From Eledone cirrhosa (Eukaryota): a stretch of 64,000 nt of DNA. The notes beneath the pieces are model-generated. The model did not search any database. It worked only from the letters and a program-made list of their open reading frames with translations, and was not told the DNA's origin. Made by a program: the position numbers and the translations under genes. The stretch spans positions 420,422,001 through 420,486,000 of the forward strand of contig OZ024740.1 in the NCBI GenBank assembly GCA_964016885.1, written 5' to 3'. Below are positions 40,769 through 53,600 of this stretch, piece after piece. The stretch's first letter is position 1; the number at the start of each line of letters is the position of its first letter.

Positions 40769-41564
40769 TATCATCATCATCATCATCAACGTTTAACGTC
40801 CGTGTTCCACGCTTGCATGGGTTTGGACGAGGGTTTTCCCACTTGAGGCAAGAGTGATTGTCTTGCTCGCATAGGACTGTCTGGTGGGTTTTCTACAGCT
40901 GGATGCCCTTCCTAACATCAACCACATTTGCAGTGTGGGGCTGGGAGGTTTTTACCGTGTTGCCTACACGGCCACATTACAGCGTGGACTGTGTGTTTTT
41001 TTGTCGTGACACCTACACGATCTCATTTGTTTCGGCCTGGATGTTGTGGCACCAACATAACTTTACATTGAAAGGGGGGGGGGTGTATTTTGTTAGAGAT
41101 GCCGACTGACTGTAGTAGGTTTTACTTTGTATTTAGGTAAGGCGGGTCTTCTCTATTACTGAGTACCGCCAAAGGTCTCGGTCCAGTGACATTGTCTTGG
41201 AGAGGTGTAAGCGTGTGAGGTCGGAATTTATCAAGTCGTCCCAGGTTTTTTGGGGTCTGCCTACTCCGTGGCTACCGTCTATCTTTATTGCCCTGCACTT
41301 TGTTATACAGCTGTCGTCTTTCATGCGCATCACGTGACCATACCAACGTAGCCTTCTCTCGAGTAAACAACATCTGATCCCTCTTATTTCTAATTTTTTC
41401 CTTAGTTCGTTTATGCTTTGCCGTTCACGTATATTACTATTACACATCCAGCGGAGCATGCAAGCTTCGTTCCTCTCTAGTCTGCGTATATCCTCTGCAC
41501 ACAATGCCCAGGTCTCACTGCCATGCAGCATTGCTGTTCGTATGCAGGCATCATACAACCTGCC
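40769..41564 (-). mobile_element. RTE LINE family A, 5'-truncated
   Basis: ORF 41133-41558 is the RTE C-terminus; (GAT)n tail. Confidence 0.92.
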
Positions 41565-41940
41565 TATGGCTTAGTGGTTAGAGCATTGACCTTGCAATCG
41601 AAAGGTTGTGAGTTCAATTCTCAGACCGGGTGATGTGTTGTTTCCTTGAACAAGACACTTTATTTCACATTGCTCCAGTTTACTCAGCTGTAGAAATGAG
41701 ATGATAGGGACTGGGGTCCCTATCATTCCACTGCAAAGTGGCCGTGGAGGTGCCACAGAAAAAAAGCACCCAGCCCACACTGTAAAGTGGACGTGGAGAC
41801 GCCACGGAAAAAAAGCACCCAGCACTCACTGTAAATGAGGTTGGTGTTAGGAAGGGCATCCAGCTGTAGAAATCAACCCAGAATCAGTTCCCGTCCCACC
41901 CTTGCAAGCAGCGAAAAGCGGACGTAAAATGATGATGATG
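41565..41940 (+). mobile_element. tRNA-derived CORE-type SINE with RTE family-B 3' tail
   Basis: A/B boxes, CORE motif, hairpin atgatagggac-tggg-gtccctatcat, tail matching reverse complement of ~27665-27810, ends (GAT)n. Confidence 0.85.
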
Positions 41941-42022
41941 AATGGCGGTGTCCCAGCATAGCCTCAGCCTATCAGCTGGAACAAGTAATAAAGTAGAGTA
42001 ATTAATTTATGTCTGTATATAT

Positions 42023-42055
<33 letters not shown>

Positions 42056-42069
42056 CACACACACATCAT

Positions 42070-42790
42070 CATGTGTAATAGTAATATACGTGAACGGCAA
42101 AGCATAAATGAACTAAGTGAGAAATTAGGAATAAGAGGGATCAGATGCTGTTTACTCGAGAGAAGACTACATTGGTATGGTCACGTGATGCGCATGAAAG
42201 ACGACAGTTGTATAAAAAAGTTCAGGGTGATCAAAATTGATGGAAGTTACGGAGTAGGTAGACCCAGAAAAACCTGGGACGATTTGATAAATTCCAACCT
42301 TACACACTTAGACCTCTCTAAGACAATGTCACTGGACCAAGATCTTTGGCGCTATGCAGTAATACAGAAGACCCACCTTGCCTATGTACAAAGCGAAACC
42401 TACAGTCAGTAGGCACCTCTTAACCAAATATACACCCCAATCCACTACCCCTACCCTATCCTCCCACTCCCACCAACACCCTCTCTATAACGTTGGTACC
42501 ACAACATCCAGTCCAAATAAATGAGATAATGAGATCGAGATCGTGTAGGTGTCACGAGAAAAAAAAACACAGTCCACGCTGTAATGTGGCCGTGTAGGTA
42601 ACACGGTAAAAGGTTCCCAGTCCACTGTAAATGTGGTTGGTGTTAGGAAGGGCATCCAGCTGTAGAAAACCTGCCAGATAGTCCTATATGAGCGAGACAC
42701 GGTCACCCGACCAGCCTTGCCTCAAGTGGGACAACTCCCATCTAACCCATGCTAGCGTGGAAAATGGACGTTAAACGAAGATGATGATGA
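42070..42790 (+). mobile_element. RTE LINE family A-related, 5'-truncated
   Basis: CNSNIRERQSINEL...RRLHWYGHV...GRPRKTW; 3' UTR and (GAT)n. Confidence 0.9.
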
Positions 42791-42904
42791 TCATCATCAT
42801 CATCACTGTTTAATGTTCATGTGAGAAATGCAAGGTCAAGTGAACATGTCTTACTCATACATTAGAGAATGAGAGAGAATAGAAGTGAGAAAGAGATATA
42901 GAGG

Positions 42905-43055
42905 AAGAATCAATCCTAGTACTTGACTGGAATTCTTTTTATCGACCTCGAATGGGTGAAAGGTAAAGTTGACCGTTGCTAGATTTGAACTGAGCAGAGA
43001 GCTGAAACAAATGCTGCCAAGCAGTCTATCTGACATTTTAACAACTTTGCCATTT
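42905..43055 (-). mobile_element. Degraded Nin/Deu-type SINE
   Basis: tttatcgacctcgaatgggtgaaaggtaaagttgacc...atttgaac. Confidence 0.6.
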
Positions 43056-43128
43056 CACCATCTATATGTAGAATAGTAATGTTAACTGGAATATCCTGCT
43101 GATCTCATGTTTTTTTCTTTTTCTTCAG

Positions 43129-43352
43129 TTTTGCTTGTACTGCTGACTCTCCTCTGGTCTTATCTCGTTCATTACAAAAACTACTTCACTGGTTGTTACT
43201 TTGTATATTAAAATCTTTACAAAGACTTGCTGAAGGTCGACAAACTCAAGAACATATCACCATTATAGACAGAACATGTACTGCTATCCAAAAGATAATG
43301 CAAGGAGGTCCTATATGGGCGTTGTTATATATTGCCAGATCTGAAGATAATG
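43129..43352 (+). CDS. MED24: MED24 coding exon 4
   Basis: LSRSLQKLLHWLL ... ALLYIARSED (cf. LHWLL, ALLHIAKLEE); ttcttcag / G|gtattt; phases 2/1. Confidence 0.92.
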
Positions 43353-43439
43353 GTATTTACCTCATAGTTTTATTCTCATTTCATATTATTGAAGTAAAAT
43401 CAGTTCTTCAGAGTTGCACAAAATAGTTAAAATATGAAT

Positions 43440-43848
43440 TACTGTATATACTCATGTATAAGCTGAGAAATATCTGAGGTGAATATTACACCGATTTCAC
43501 TTTGGAGATGAATATTACACTGGTTTCACTTTTGATGTGAAATTCATATTTCCTGTTTTTGGTGTGTTTTGAATGAATATGATCTTCAAAATGGTCGGAA
43601 ATTGGTAAAAGATCATTACATACAGGAGTTGTGAAACACAAACTACACTCTAAACGACACTTAAACCATTTTAAATATCAAAATATTAAAACTTCATAAA
43701 TATATTTTATACTCATGAGAATGTCAAAACCACACCATCTAAATATATTGTGTTGATTATAATAAGACAGCTTATAAATGGAGTTTGGATTTTTGCCTAT
43801 TTCTCAGACATAAAATAGGGGTCAGTTTATATTCAAGTATATACTGTA
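43440..43848. mobile_element. Tc2/pogo-like non-autonomous DNA transposon
   Basis: Imperfect TIRs tactgtatatactcatgtataagctga / tcagtttatattcaagtatatactgta. Confidence 0.6.
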
Positions 43849-44019
43849 CTTTGCCTATATTGTTAATTGCAGAATTCATTTGTTCAATATTTGCTAAGTT
43901 TGGTTATAAATTTTAATCCTTTCTCTCAGTTTTTCATAACCTAATTTTTCATAGTTTCACATAGGCACCACCACTACCACTTTACAGAGTAGACTGGGTG
44001 CTTTTTGTAATGGTGTTAC

Positions 44020-44395
44020 TAATTAAAAAAGTACCTAGTCCACCCTTTATGGTTGTAAGGTGGTAGTACAGGTGCCATAACAAAAAGCATCTAATCACCC
44101 ATGTAAGGTGGTAGTACTGGTGCCACAACAAAAAGCATCCAATCCACTCTGTAAGGTGGTAGTACTGGTGCCACAACAAAAAGCATCTAATCCACCATGT
44201 TAGGTGGTAGTGTTAGTGCCATGACAAAAAAAAAAAGCTTTCATTGCACACAGTAAAGCAGTTGGCATTAGGAAGGACATCCAGCTGTAGAAAGCCATGC
44301 CAAAAATATAATGTATGAGCAAGACAGGGTCACTTGACTGGTCTAACCTCAGTGTTACAACCTGCCTAACATGGAAAAATAGATGTTAAATGATG
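44020..44395 (+). mobile_element. RTE 3' UTR remnant with ~4 tandem ~48-bp units
   Basis: tgtaaggtggtagtactggtgccacaacaaaaagcatc repeats, then ggaaggacatccagctgtag...gatgttaaatgatg. Confidence 0.7.
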
Positions 44396-44443
44396 TCATT
44401 TTGGAAACCAAATTAATTGTCACCCACATTTATCTATTTACAG

Positions 44444-44567
44444 AGACTTATAGAGAATACGAACAGACAGAAGTAAATGTCCGAGGAACAGTTACTCAAT
44501 TACAACAGAATGTAATATCAATACTACAGCGAGAGAAGGTTATAGAAACTTTACGGGTTCTTGGCAG
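44444..44567 (+). CDS. MED24: MED24 coding exon 5 (gene continues beyond the window)
   Basis: tttacag acceptor, CAG|gtacgt donor; open frame with phases 1/2 matching exon 4. Confidence 0.8.
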
Positions 44568-44666
44568 GTACGTTTCAAGTAGATTGTATCACTACAGTTG
44601 TACAATTGTTGTTACTCCTGCCTTTTCTATAGACGAGACTTTTCCAGGTAGTTTTTCTCTGCTCAG

Positions 44667-47600
44667 GGGTGAACCCTAACAACTTTAGTAGTAACTCCTC
44701 AATAGGCGTGAACCCTAACAACTTTAGTAATAACTCTTCAATAGGCGTGAACCCTAACAACTTTAGTAATAACTCCTCAATAGGTGTGAACCCTAACAAC
44801 TTTAGTAATAACTCCTCAATAGGTGTGAACTCTAACAACTTTAGTAATAACTCCTCAATAGGTGTGAACCCTAACAACTTTAGTAATAACTCCTCAATAG
44901 GCGTGAACCCTAACAACTTTAGTAATAACTCCTCAATAGGCGTGAACCCTAACAACTTTAGTAATAACTCCTCAACAGGTGTGAACCCTAACAACTTTAG
45001 TAATAACTCCTCAATAGGTGTGAACCCTAACAACTTTAGTAATAACTCCTCAATAGGTGTGAACCCTAACAACTTTAGTAATAACTCCTCAATAGGTGTG
45101 AACCCTAACAACTTTAGTAATAACTCCTCAATAGGTGTGAACCCTAACAACTTTAGTAGTAACTCCTCAATAGGTGTGAACCCTAACAACTTTAGTAATA
45201 ACTCCTCAATAGGTGTGAACCCTAACAACTTTAGTAATAACTCCTCAATAGGTGTGAACCCTAACAACTTTAGTAATAACTCCTCAATAGGTGTGAACCC
45301 TAACAACTTTAGTAATAACTCCTCAATAGGTGTGAACTCTAACAACTTTAGTAATAACTCCTCAATAGGTGTGAACCCTAACAACTTTAGTAATAACTCC
45401 TCAATAGGTGTGAACCCTAACAACTTTAATAATAACTCCTCAACAGGTGTCAACCCTAACAACTTTAGTAATAACTCCTCAATAGGTGTGAACTCTAACA
45501 ACTTTCGTAATAACTCCTCAATAGGTGTGAACTCTAACAACTTTAGTAATAACTCCTCAATAGGTGTGAACCCTAACAACTTTAGTAATAACTCCTCAAT
45601 AGGTGTGAACCCTAACAACTTTAGTAATAACTCCTCAATAGGTGTGAACCCTAACAACTTTAATAATAACTCCTCAATAGGCGTGAACCCTAACAACTTT
45701 AGTAATAACTCCTCAATAGGTGTGAACCCTAACAACTTTAGTAATAACTCCTCAATAGGTGTGAACTCTAACAACTTTAGTAATAACTCCTCAATAGGTG
45801 TGAACCCTAACAACTTTAGTAATAACTCCTCAATAGGTGTGAACCCTAACAACTTTAGTAATAACTCCTCAATAGGTGTGAACCCTAACAACTTTAGTAA
45901 TAACTCCTCAATAGGTGTGAACCCTAACAACTTTAGTAATAACTCCTCAATAGGTGTGAACTCTAACAACTTTAGTAATAACTCCTCAATAGGTGTGAAC
46001 CCTAACAACTTTAGTAATAACTCCTCAATAGGTGTGAACCCTAACAACTTTAATAATAACTCCTCAACAGGTGTCAACCCTAACAACTTTAGTAATAACT
46101 CCTCAATAGGTGTGAACTCTAACAACTTTCGTAATAACTCCTCAATAGGTGTGAACTCTAACAACTTTAGTAATAACTCCTCAATAGGTGTGAACCCTAA
46201 CAACTTTAGTAATAACTCCTCAATAGGTGTGAACCCTAACAACTTTAGTAATAACTCCTCAATAGGTGTGAACCCTAACAACTTTAATAATAACTCCTCA
46301 ATAGGCGTGAACCCTAACAACTTTAGTAATAACTCCTCAATAGGTGTGAACCCTAACAACTTTAGTAATAACTCCTCAATAGGTGTGAACTCTAACAACT
46401 TTAGTAATAACTCCTCAATAGGTGTGAACCCTAACAACTTTAGTAATAACTCCTCAATAGGTGTGAACCCTAACAACTTTAGTAATAACTCCTCAATAGG
46501 TGTGAACCCTAACAACTTTAGTAATAACTCCTCAATAGGTGTGAACCCTAACAACTTTAGTAATAACTCCTCAATAGGTGTGAACCCTAACAACTTTAGT
46601 AATAACTCCTCAATAGGTGTGAACTCTAACAACTTTAGTAATAACTCCTCAATAGGTGTGAACCCTAACAACTTTAGTAATAACTCCTCAATAGGTGTGA
46701 ACTCTAACAACTTTAGTAATAACTCCTCAATAGGTGTGAACCCTAACAACTTTAGTAATAACTCCTCAATAGGTGTGAACCCTAACAACTTTAGTAATAA
46801 CTCCTCAATAGGTGTGAACCCTAACAACTTTAGTAATAACTCCTCAATAGGTGTGAACTCTAACAACTTTAGTAATAACTCCTCAATAGGTGTGAACCCT
46901 AACAACTTTAGTAATAACTCCTCAATAGGTGTGAACTCTAACAACTTTAGTAATAACTCCTCAATAGGTGTGAACCCTAACAACTTTAGTAATAACTCCT
47001 CAATAGGTGTGAACCCTAACAACTTTAGTAATAACTCCTCAATAGGTGTGAACTCTAACAACTTTACTAATAACTCCTCAACAGGTGTGAACCCTAACAA
47101 CTTTAGTAATAACTCCTCAATAGGTGTGAACCCTAACAACTTTAGTAATAACTCCTCAATAGGTGTGAACCCTAACAACTTTAGTAATAACTCCTCAATA
47201 GGTGTGAACTCTAACAACTTTAGTAATAACTCCTCAATAGGGGTGAACTCTAACAACTTTAGTAATAACTCCTTAATAGGTGTGAACCCTAACAACTTTA
47301 GTAATAACTCCTCAATAGGTGTGAACCCTAACAACTTTAGTAATAACTCCTCAACAGGTGTGAACTCTAACAACTTTAGTAATAACTCCTCAACAGGTGT
47401 GAACCCTAACAACTTTAGCAATAACTCCTCAATAGGTGTGAACTCTAACAACTTTAGTAATAACTCCTCAACAGGTGTGAACCCTAACAACTTTAGTAAT
47501 AACTCCTCAATAGGTGTCAACCCTAACAACTTTAGTAATAACTCCTCAATTGGTGTGAACCCTAACAACTTTAGTAATAACTCCTTAATAGGTGTGAACC

Positions 47601-50600
47601 CTAACAACTTTAGTAATAACTCCTCAACAGGTGTCAACCCTAACAACTTTAGTAATAACTCCTCAATAGGTGTGAACCCTAACAACTTTAGTAATAACTC
47701 CTCAATGGGTGTGAACCCTAACAACTTTAGCAATAACTCCTCAATAGGCGTGAACCCTAACAACAACTTTAGTAATAACTCCTCAATAGGTGTGAACCCT
47801 AACAACTTTAGTAATAACTCCTCAACAGGTGTGAACCCTAACAACTTTAGTAATAACTCCTCAACAGGTGTGAACCCTAACAACTTTAGTAATAACTCCT
47901 CAACAGGTGTCAACCCTAACAACTTTAGTAATAACTTCTCAATAGGTGTGAACTCTAACAACTTTAGTAATAACTCCTCAACAGGTGTGAACCCTAACAA
48001 CTTTAGTAATAACTCCTCAACAGGTGTGAACCCTAACAACTTTAGTAATAACTCCTCAACAGGTGTGAACCCTAACAACTTTAATAATAACTCCTCAATA
48101 GGTGTGAACTCTAACAACTTTAGTAATAACTCCTCAATAGGTGTGAACTCTAACAACTTTAGTAATAACTCCTCAATAGGTGTGAACCCTAACAACTTTA
48201 GTAATAACTCCTCAATAGGTGTGAACCCTAACAACTTTAGTAATAACTCCTCAATAGGTGTGAACCCTAACAACTTTAGTAATAACTCCTCAATAGGTGT
48301 GAACTCTAACAACTTTACTAATAACTCCTCAACAGGTGTGAACCCTAACAACTTTAGTAATAACTCCTCAATAGGTGTGAACCCTAACAACTTTAGTAAT
48401 AACTCCTCAATAGGTGTGAACCCTAACAACTTTAGTAATAACTCCTCAACAGGTGTGAACTCTAACAACTTTAGTAATAACTCCTCAACAGGTGTGAACC
48501 CTAACAACTTTAGCAATAACTCCTCAATAGGTGTGAACTCTAACAACTTTAGTAATAACTCCTCAACAGGTGTGAACCCTAACAACTTTAGTAATAACTC
48601 CTCAATAGGTGTCAACCCTAACAACTTTAGTAATAACTCCTCAATTGGTGTGAACCCTAACAACTTTAGTAATAACTCCTTAATAGGTGTGAACCCTAAC
48701 AACTTTAGTAATAACTCCTCAACAGGTGTCAACCCTAACAACTTTAGTAATAACTCCTCAATAGGTGTGAACCCTAACAACTTTAGTAATAACTCCTCAA
48801 TGGGTGTGAACCCTAACAACTTTAGCAATAACTCCTCAATAGGCGTGAACCCTAACAACAACTTTAGTAATAACTCCTCAATAGGTGTGAACCCTAACAA
48901 CTTTAGTAATAACTCCTCAACAGGTGTGAACCCTAACAACTTTAGTAATAACTCCTCAACAGGTGTGAACCCTAACAACTTTAGTAATAACTCCTCAACA
49001 GGTGTCAACCCTAACAACTTTAGTAATAACTCCTCAATAGGTGTGAACTCTAACAACTTTAGTAATAACTCCTCAACAGGTGTGAACCCTAACAACTTTA
49101 GTAATAACTCCTCAACAGGTGTGAACCCTAACAACTTTAGTAATAACTCCTCAATAGGTGTGAACTCTAACAACTTTAGTAATAACTCCTCAATAGGTGT
49201 GAACCCTAACAACTTTAGTAATAACTCCTCAATAGGTGTGAACCCTAACAACTTTAGTAATAACTGCTCAATAGGTGTGAACCCTAACAACTTTAGTAAT
49301 AACTCCTCAATAGGTGTGAACCCTAACAACTTTAGTAATAACTCCTCAATAGGTGTGAACCCTAACAACTTTAGTAATAACTCCTCAATAGGTGTGAACT
49401 CTAACAACTTTAGTAATAACTCCTCAATAGGTGTGAACCCTAACAACTTTAGTAATAACTCCTCAATAGGTGTGAACCCTAACAACTTTAGTAATAACTC
49501 CTCAATAGGTGTGAACCCTAACAACTTTAGTAATAACTCCTCAATAGGTGTGAACTCTAACAACTTTAGTAATAACTCCTCAATAGGTGTGAACCCTAAC
49601 AACTTTAGTAATAACTCCTCAATAGGTGTGAACCCTAACAACTTTAGTAATAACTCCTCAATAGGTGTGAACCCTAACAACTTTAGTAATAACTCCTCAA
49701 TAGGTGTGAACCCTAACAACTTTAGTAATAACTCCTCAATAGGTGTGAACCCTAACAACTTTAGTAATAACTCCTCAATAGGTGTGAACCCTAACAACTT
49801 TAGTAATAACTCCTCAACAGGTGTGAACCCTAACAACTTTAGTAATAACTCCTCAATAGGTGTGAACCCTAACAACTTTAGTAATAACTCCTCAATAGGT
49901 GTGAACCCTAACAACTTTAGTAATAACTCCTCAATAGGTGTGAACCCTAACAACTTTAGTAATAACTCCTCAATAGGTGTGAACCCTAACAACTTTAGTA
50001 GTAACTCCTCAATAGGTGTGAACCCTAACAACTTTAGTAATAACTCCTCAATAGGTGTGAACCCTAACAACTTTAGTAATAACTCCTCAATAGGTGTGAA
50101 CCCTAACAACTTTAGTAATAACTCCTCAATAGGTGTGAACCCTAACAACTTTAGTAATAACTCCTCAATAGGTGTGAACTCTAACAACTTTAGTAATAAC
50201 TCCTCAATAGGTGTGAACCCTAACAACTTTAGTAATAACTCCTCAATAGGTGTGAACCCTAACAACTTTAATAATAACTCCTCAACAGGTGTCAACCCTA
50301 ACAACTTTAGTAATAACTCCTCAATAGGTGTGAACTCTAACAACTTTCGTAATAACTCCTCAATAGGTGTGAACTCTAACAACTTTAGTAATAACTCCTC
50401 AATAGGTGTGAACCCTAACAACTTTAGTAATAACTCCTCAATAGGTGTGAACCCTAACAACTTTAGTAATAACTCCTCAATAGGTGTGAACCCTAACAAC
50501 TTTAATAATAACTCCTCAATAGGCGTGAACCCTAACAACTTTAGTAATAACTCCTCAATAGGTGTGAACCCTAACAACTTTAGTAATAACTCCTCAATAG

Positions 50601-53600
50601 GTGTGAACTCTAACAACTTTAGTAATAACTCCTCAATAGGTGTGAACCCTAACAACTTTAGTAATAACTCCTCAATAGGTGTGAACCCTAACAACTTTAG
50701 TAATAACTCCTCAATAGGTGTGAACCCTAACAACTTTAGTAATAACTCCTCAATAGGTGTGAACCCTAACAACTTTAGTAATAACTCCTCAATAGGTGTG
50801 AACTCTAACAACTTTAGTAATAACTCCTCAATAGGTGTGAACCCTAACAACTTTAGTAATAACTCCTCAATAGGTGTGAACCCTAACAACTTTAATAATA
50901 ACTCCTCAACAGGTGTCAACCCTAACAACTTTAGTAATAACTCCTCAATAGGTGTGAACTCTAACAACTTTCGTAATAACTCCTCAATAGGTGTGAACTC
51001 TAACAACTTTAGTAATAACTCCTCAATAGGTGTGAACCCTAACAACTTTAGTAATAACTCCTCAATAGGTGTGAACCCTAACAACTTTAGTAATAACTCC
51101 TCAATAGGTGTGAACCCTAACAACTTTAATAATAACTCCTCAATAGGCGTGAACCCTAACAACTTTAGTAATAACTCCTCAATAGGTGTGAACCCTAACA
51201 ACTTTAGTAATAACTCCTCAATAGGTGTGAACTCTAACAACTTTAGTAATAACTCCTCAATAGGTGTGAACCCTAACAACTTTAGTAATAACTCCTCAAT
51301 AGGTGTGAACCCTAACAACTTTAGTAATAACTCCTCAATAGGTGTGAACCCTAACAACTTTAGTAATAACTCCTCAATAGGTGTGAACCCTAACAACTTT
51401 AGTAATAACTCCTCAATAGGTGTGAACCCTAACAACTTTAGTAATAACTCCTCAATAGGTGTGAACTCTAACAACTTTAGTAATAACTCCTCAATAGGTG
51501 TGAACCCTAACAACTTTAGTAATAACTCCTCAATAGGTGTGAACTCTAACAACTTTAGTAATAACTCCTCAATAGGTGTGAACCCTAACAACTTTAGTAA
51601 TAACTCCTCAATAGGTGTGAACCCTAACAACTTTAGTAATAACTCCTCAATAGGTGTGAACCCTAACAACTTTAGTAATAACTCCTCAATAGGTGTGAAC
51701 TCTAACAACTTTAGTAATAACTCCTCAATAGGTGTGAACCCTAACAACTTTAGTAATAACTCCTCAATAGGTGTGAACTCTAACAACTTTAGTAATAACT
51801 CCTCAATAGGTGTGAACCCTAACAACTTTAGTAATAACTCCTCAATAGGTGTGAACCCTAACAACTTTAGTAATAACTCCTCAATAGGTGTGAACTCTAA
51901 CAACTTTACTAATAACTCCTCAACAGGTGTGAACCCTAACAACTTTAGTAATAACTCCTCAATAGGTGTGAACCCTAACAACTTTAGTAATAACTCCTCA
52001 ATAGGTGTGAACCCTAACAACTTTAGTAATAACTCCTCAATAGGTGTGAACTCTAACAACTTTAGTAATAACTCCTCAATAGGGGTGAACTCTAACAACT
52101 TTAGTAATAACTCCTTAATAGGTGTGAACCCTAACAACTTTAGTAATAACTCCTCAATAGGTGTGAACCCTAACAACTTTAGTAATAACTCCTCAACAGG
52201 TGTGAACTCTAACAACTTTAGTAATAACTCCTCAACAGGTGTGAACCCTAACAACTTTAGCAATAACTCCTCAATAGGTGTGAACTCTAACAACTTTAGT
52301 AATAACTCCTCAACAGGTGTGAACCCTAACAACTTTAGTAATAACTCCTCAATAGGTGTCAACCCTAACAACTTTAGTAATAACTCCTCAATTGGTGTGA
52401 ACCCTAACAACTTTAGTAATAACTCCTTAATAGGTGTGAACCCTAACAACTTTAGTAATAACTCCTCAACAGGTGTCAACCCTAACAACTTTAGTAATAA
52501 CTCCTCAATAGGTGTGAACCCTAACAACTTTAGTAATAACTCCTCAATGGGTGTGAACCCTAACAACTTTAGCAATAACTCCTCAATAGGCGTGAACCCT
52601 AACAACAACTTTAGTAATAACTCCTCAATAGGTGTGAACCCTAACAACTTTAGTAATAACTCCTCAACAGGTGTGAACCCTAACAACTTTAGTAATAACT
52701 CCTCAACAGGTGTGAACCCTAACAACTTTAGTAATAACTCCTCAACAGGTGTCAACCCTAACAACTTTAGTAATAACTTCTCAATAGGTGTGAACTCTAA
52801 CAACTTTAGTAATAACTCCTCAACAGGTGTGAACCCTAACAACTTTAGTAATAACTCCTCAACAGGTGTGAACCCTAACAACTTTAGTAATAACTCCTCA
52901 ACAGGTGTGAACCCTAACAACTTTAATAATAACTCCTCAATAGGTGTGAACTCTAACAACTTTAGTAATAACTCCTCAATAGGTGTGAACTCTAACAACT
53001 TTAGTAATAACTCCTCAATAGGTGTGAACCCTAACAACTTTAGTAATAACTCCTCAATAGGTGTGAACCCTAACAACTTTAGTAATAACTCCTCAATAGG
53101 TGTGAACCCTAACAACTTTAGTAATAACTCCTCAATAGGTGTGAACTCTAACAACTTTACTAATAACTCCTCAACAGGTGTGAACCCTAACAACTTTAGT
53201 AATAACTCCTCAATAGGTGTGAACCCTAACAACTTTAGTAATAACTCCTCAATAGGTGTGAACCCTAACAACTTTAGTAATAACTCCTCAACAGGTGTGA
53301 ACTCTAACAACTTTAGTAATAACTCCTCAACAGGTGTGAACCCTAACAACTTTAGCAATAACTCCTCAATAGGTGTGAACTCTAACAACTTTAGTAATAA
53401 CTCCTCAACAGGTGTGAACCCTAACAACTTTAGTAATAACTCCTCAATAGGTGTCAACCCTAACAACTTTAGTAATAACTCCTCAATTGGTGTGAACCCT
53501 AACAACTTTAGTAATAACTCCTTAATAGGTGTGAACCCTAACAACTTTAGTAATAACTCCTCAACAGGTGTCAACCCTAACAACTTTAGTAATAACTCCT

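Noticed and set aside
41565-41630. tRNA genes at SINE heads (also 2310, 9690)
   Set aside because: A/B boxes run into CORE and LINE-tail sequence with no complete acceptor stem; these are SINEs
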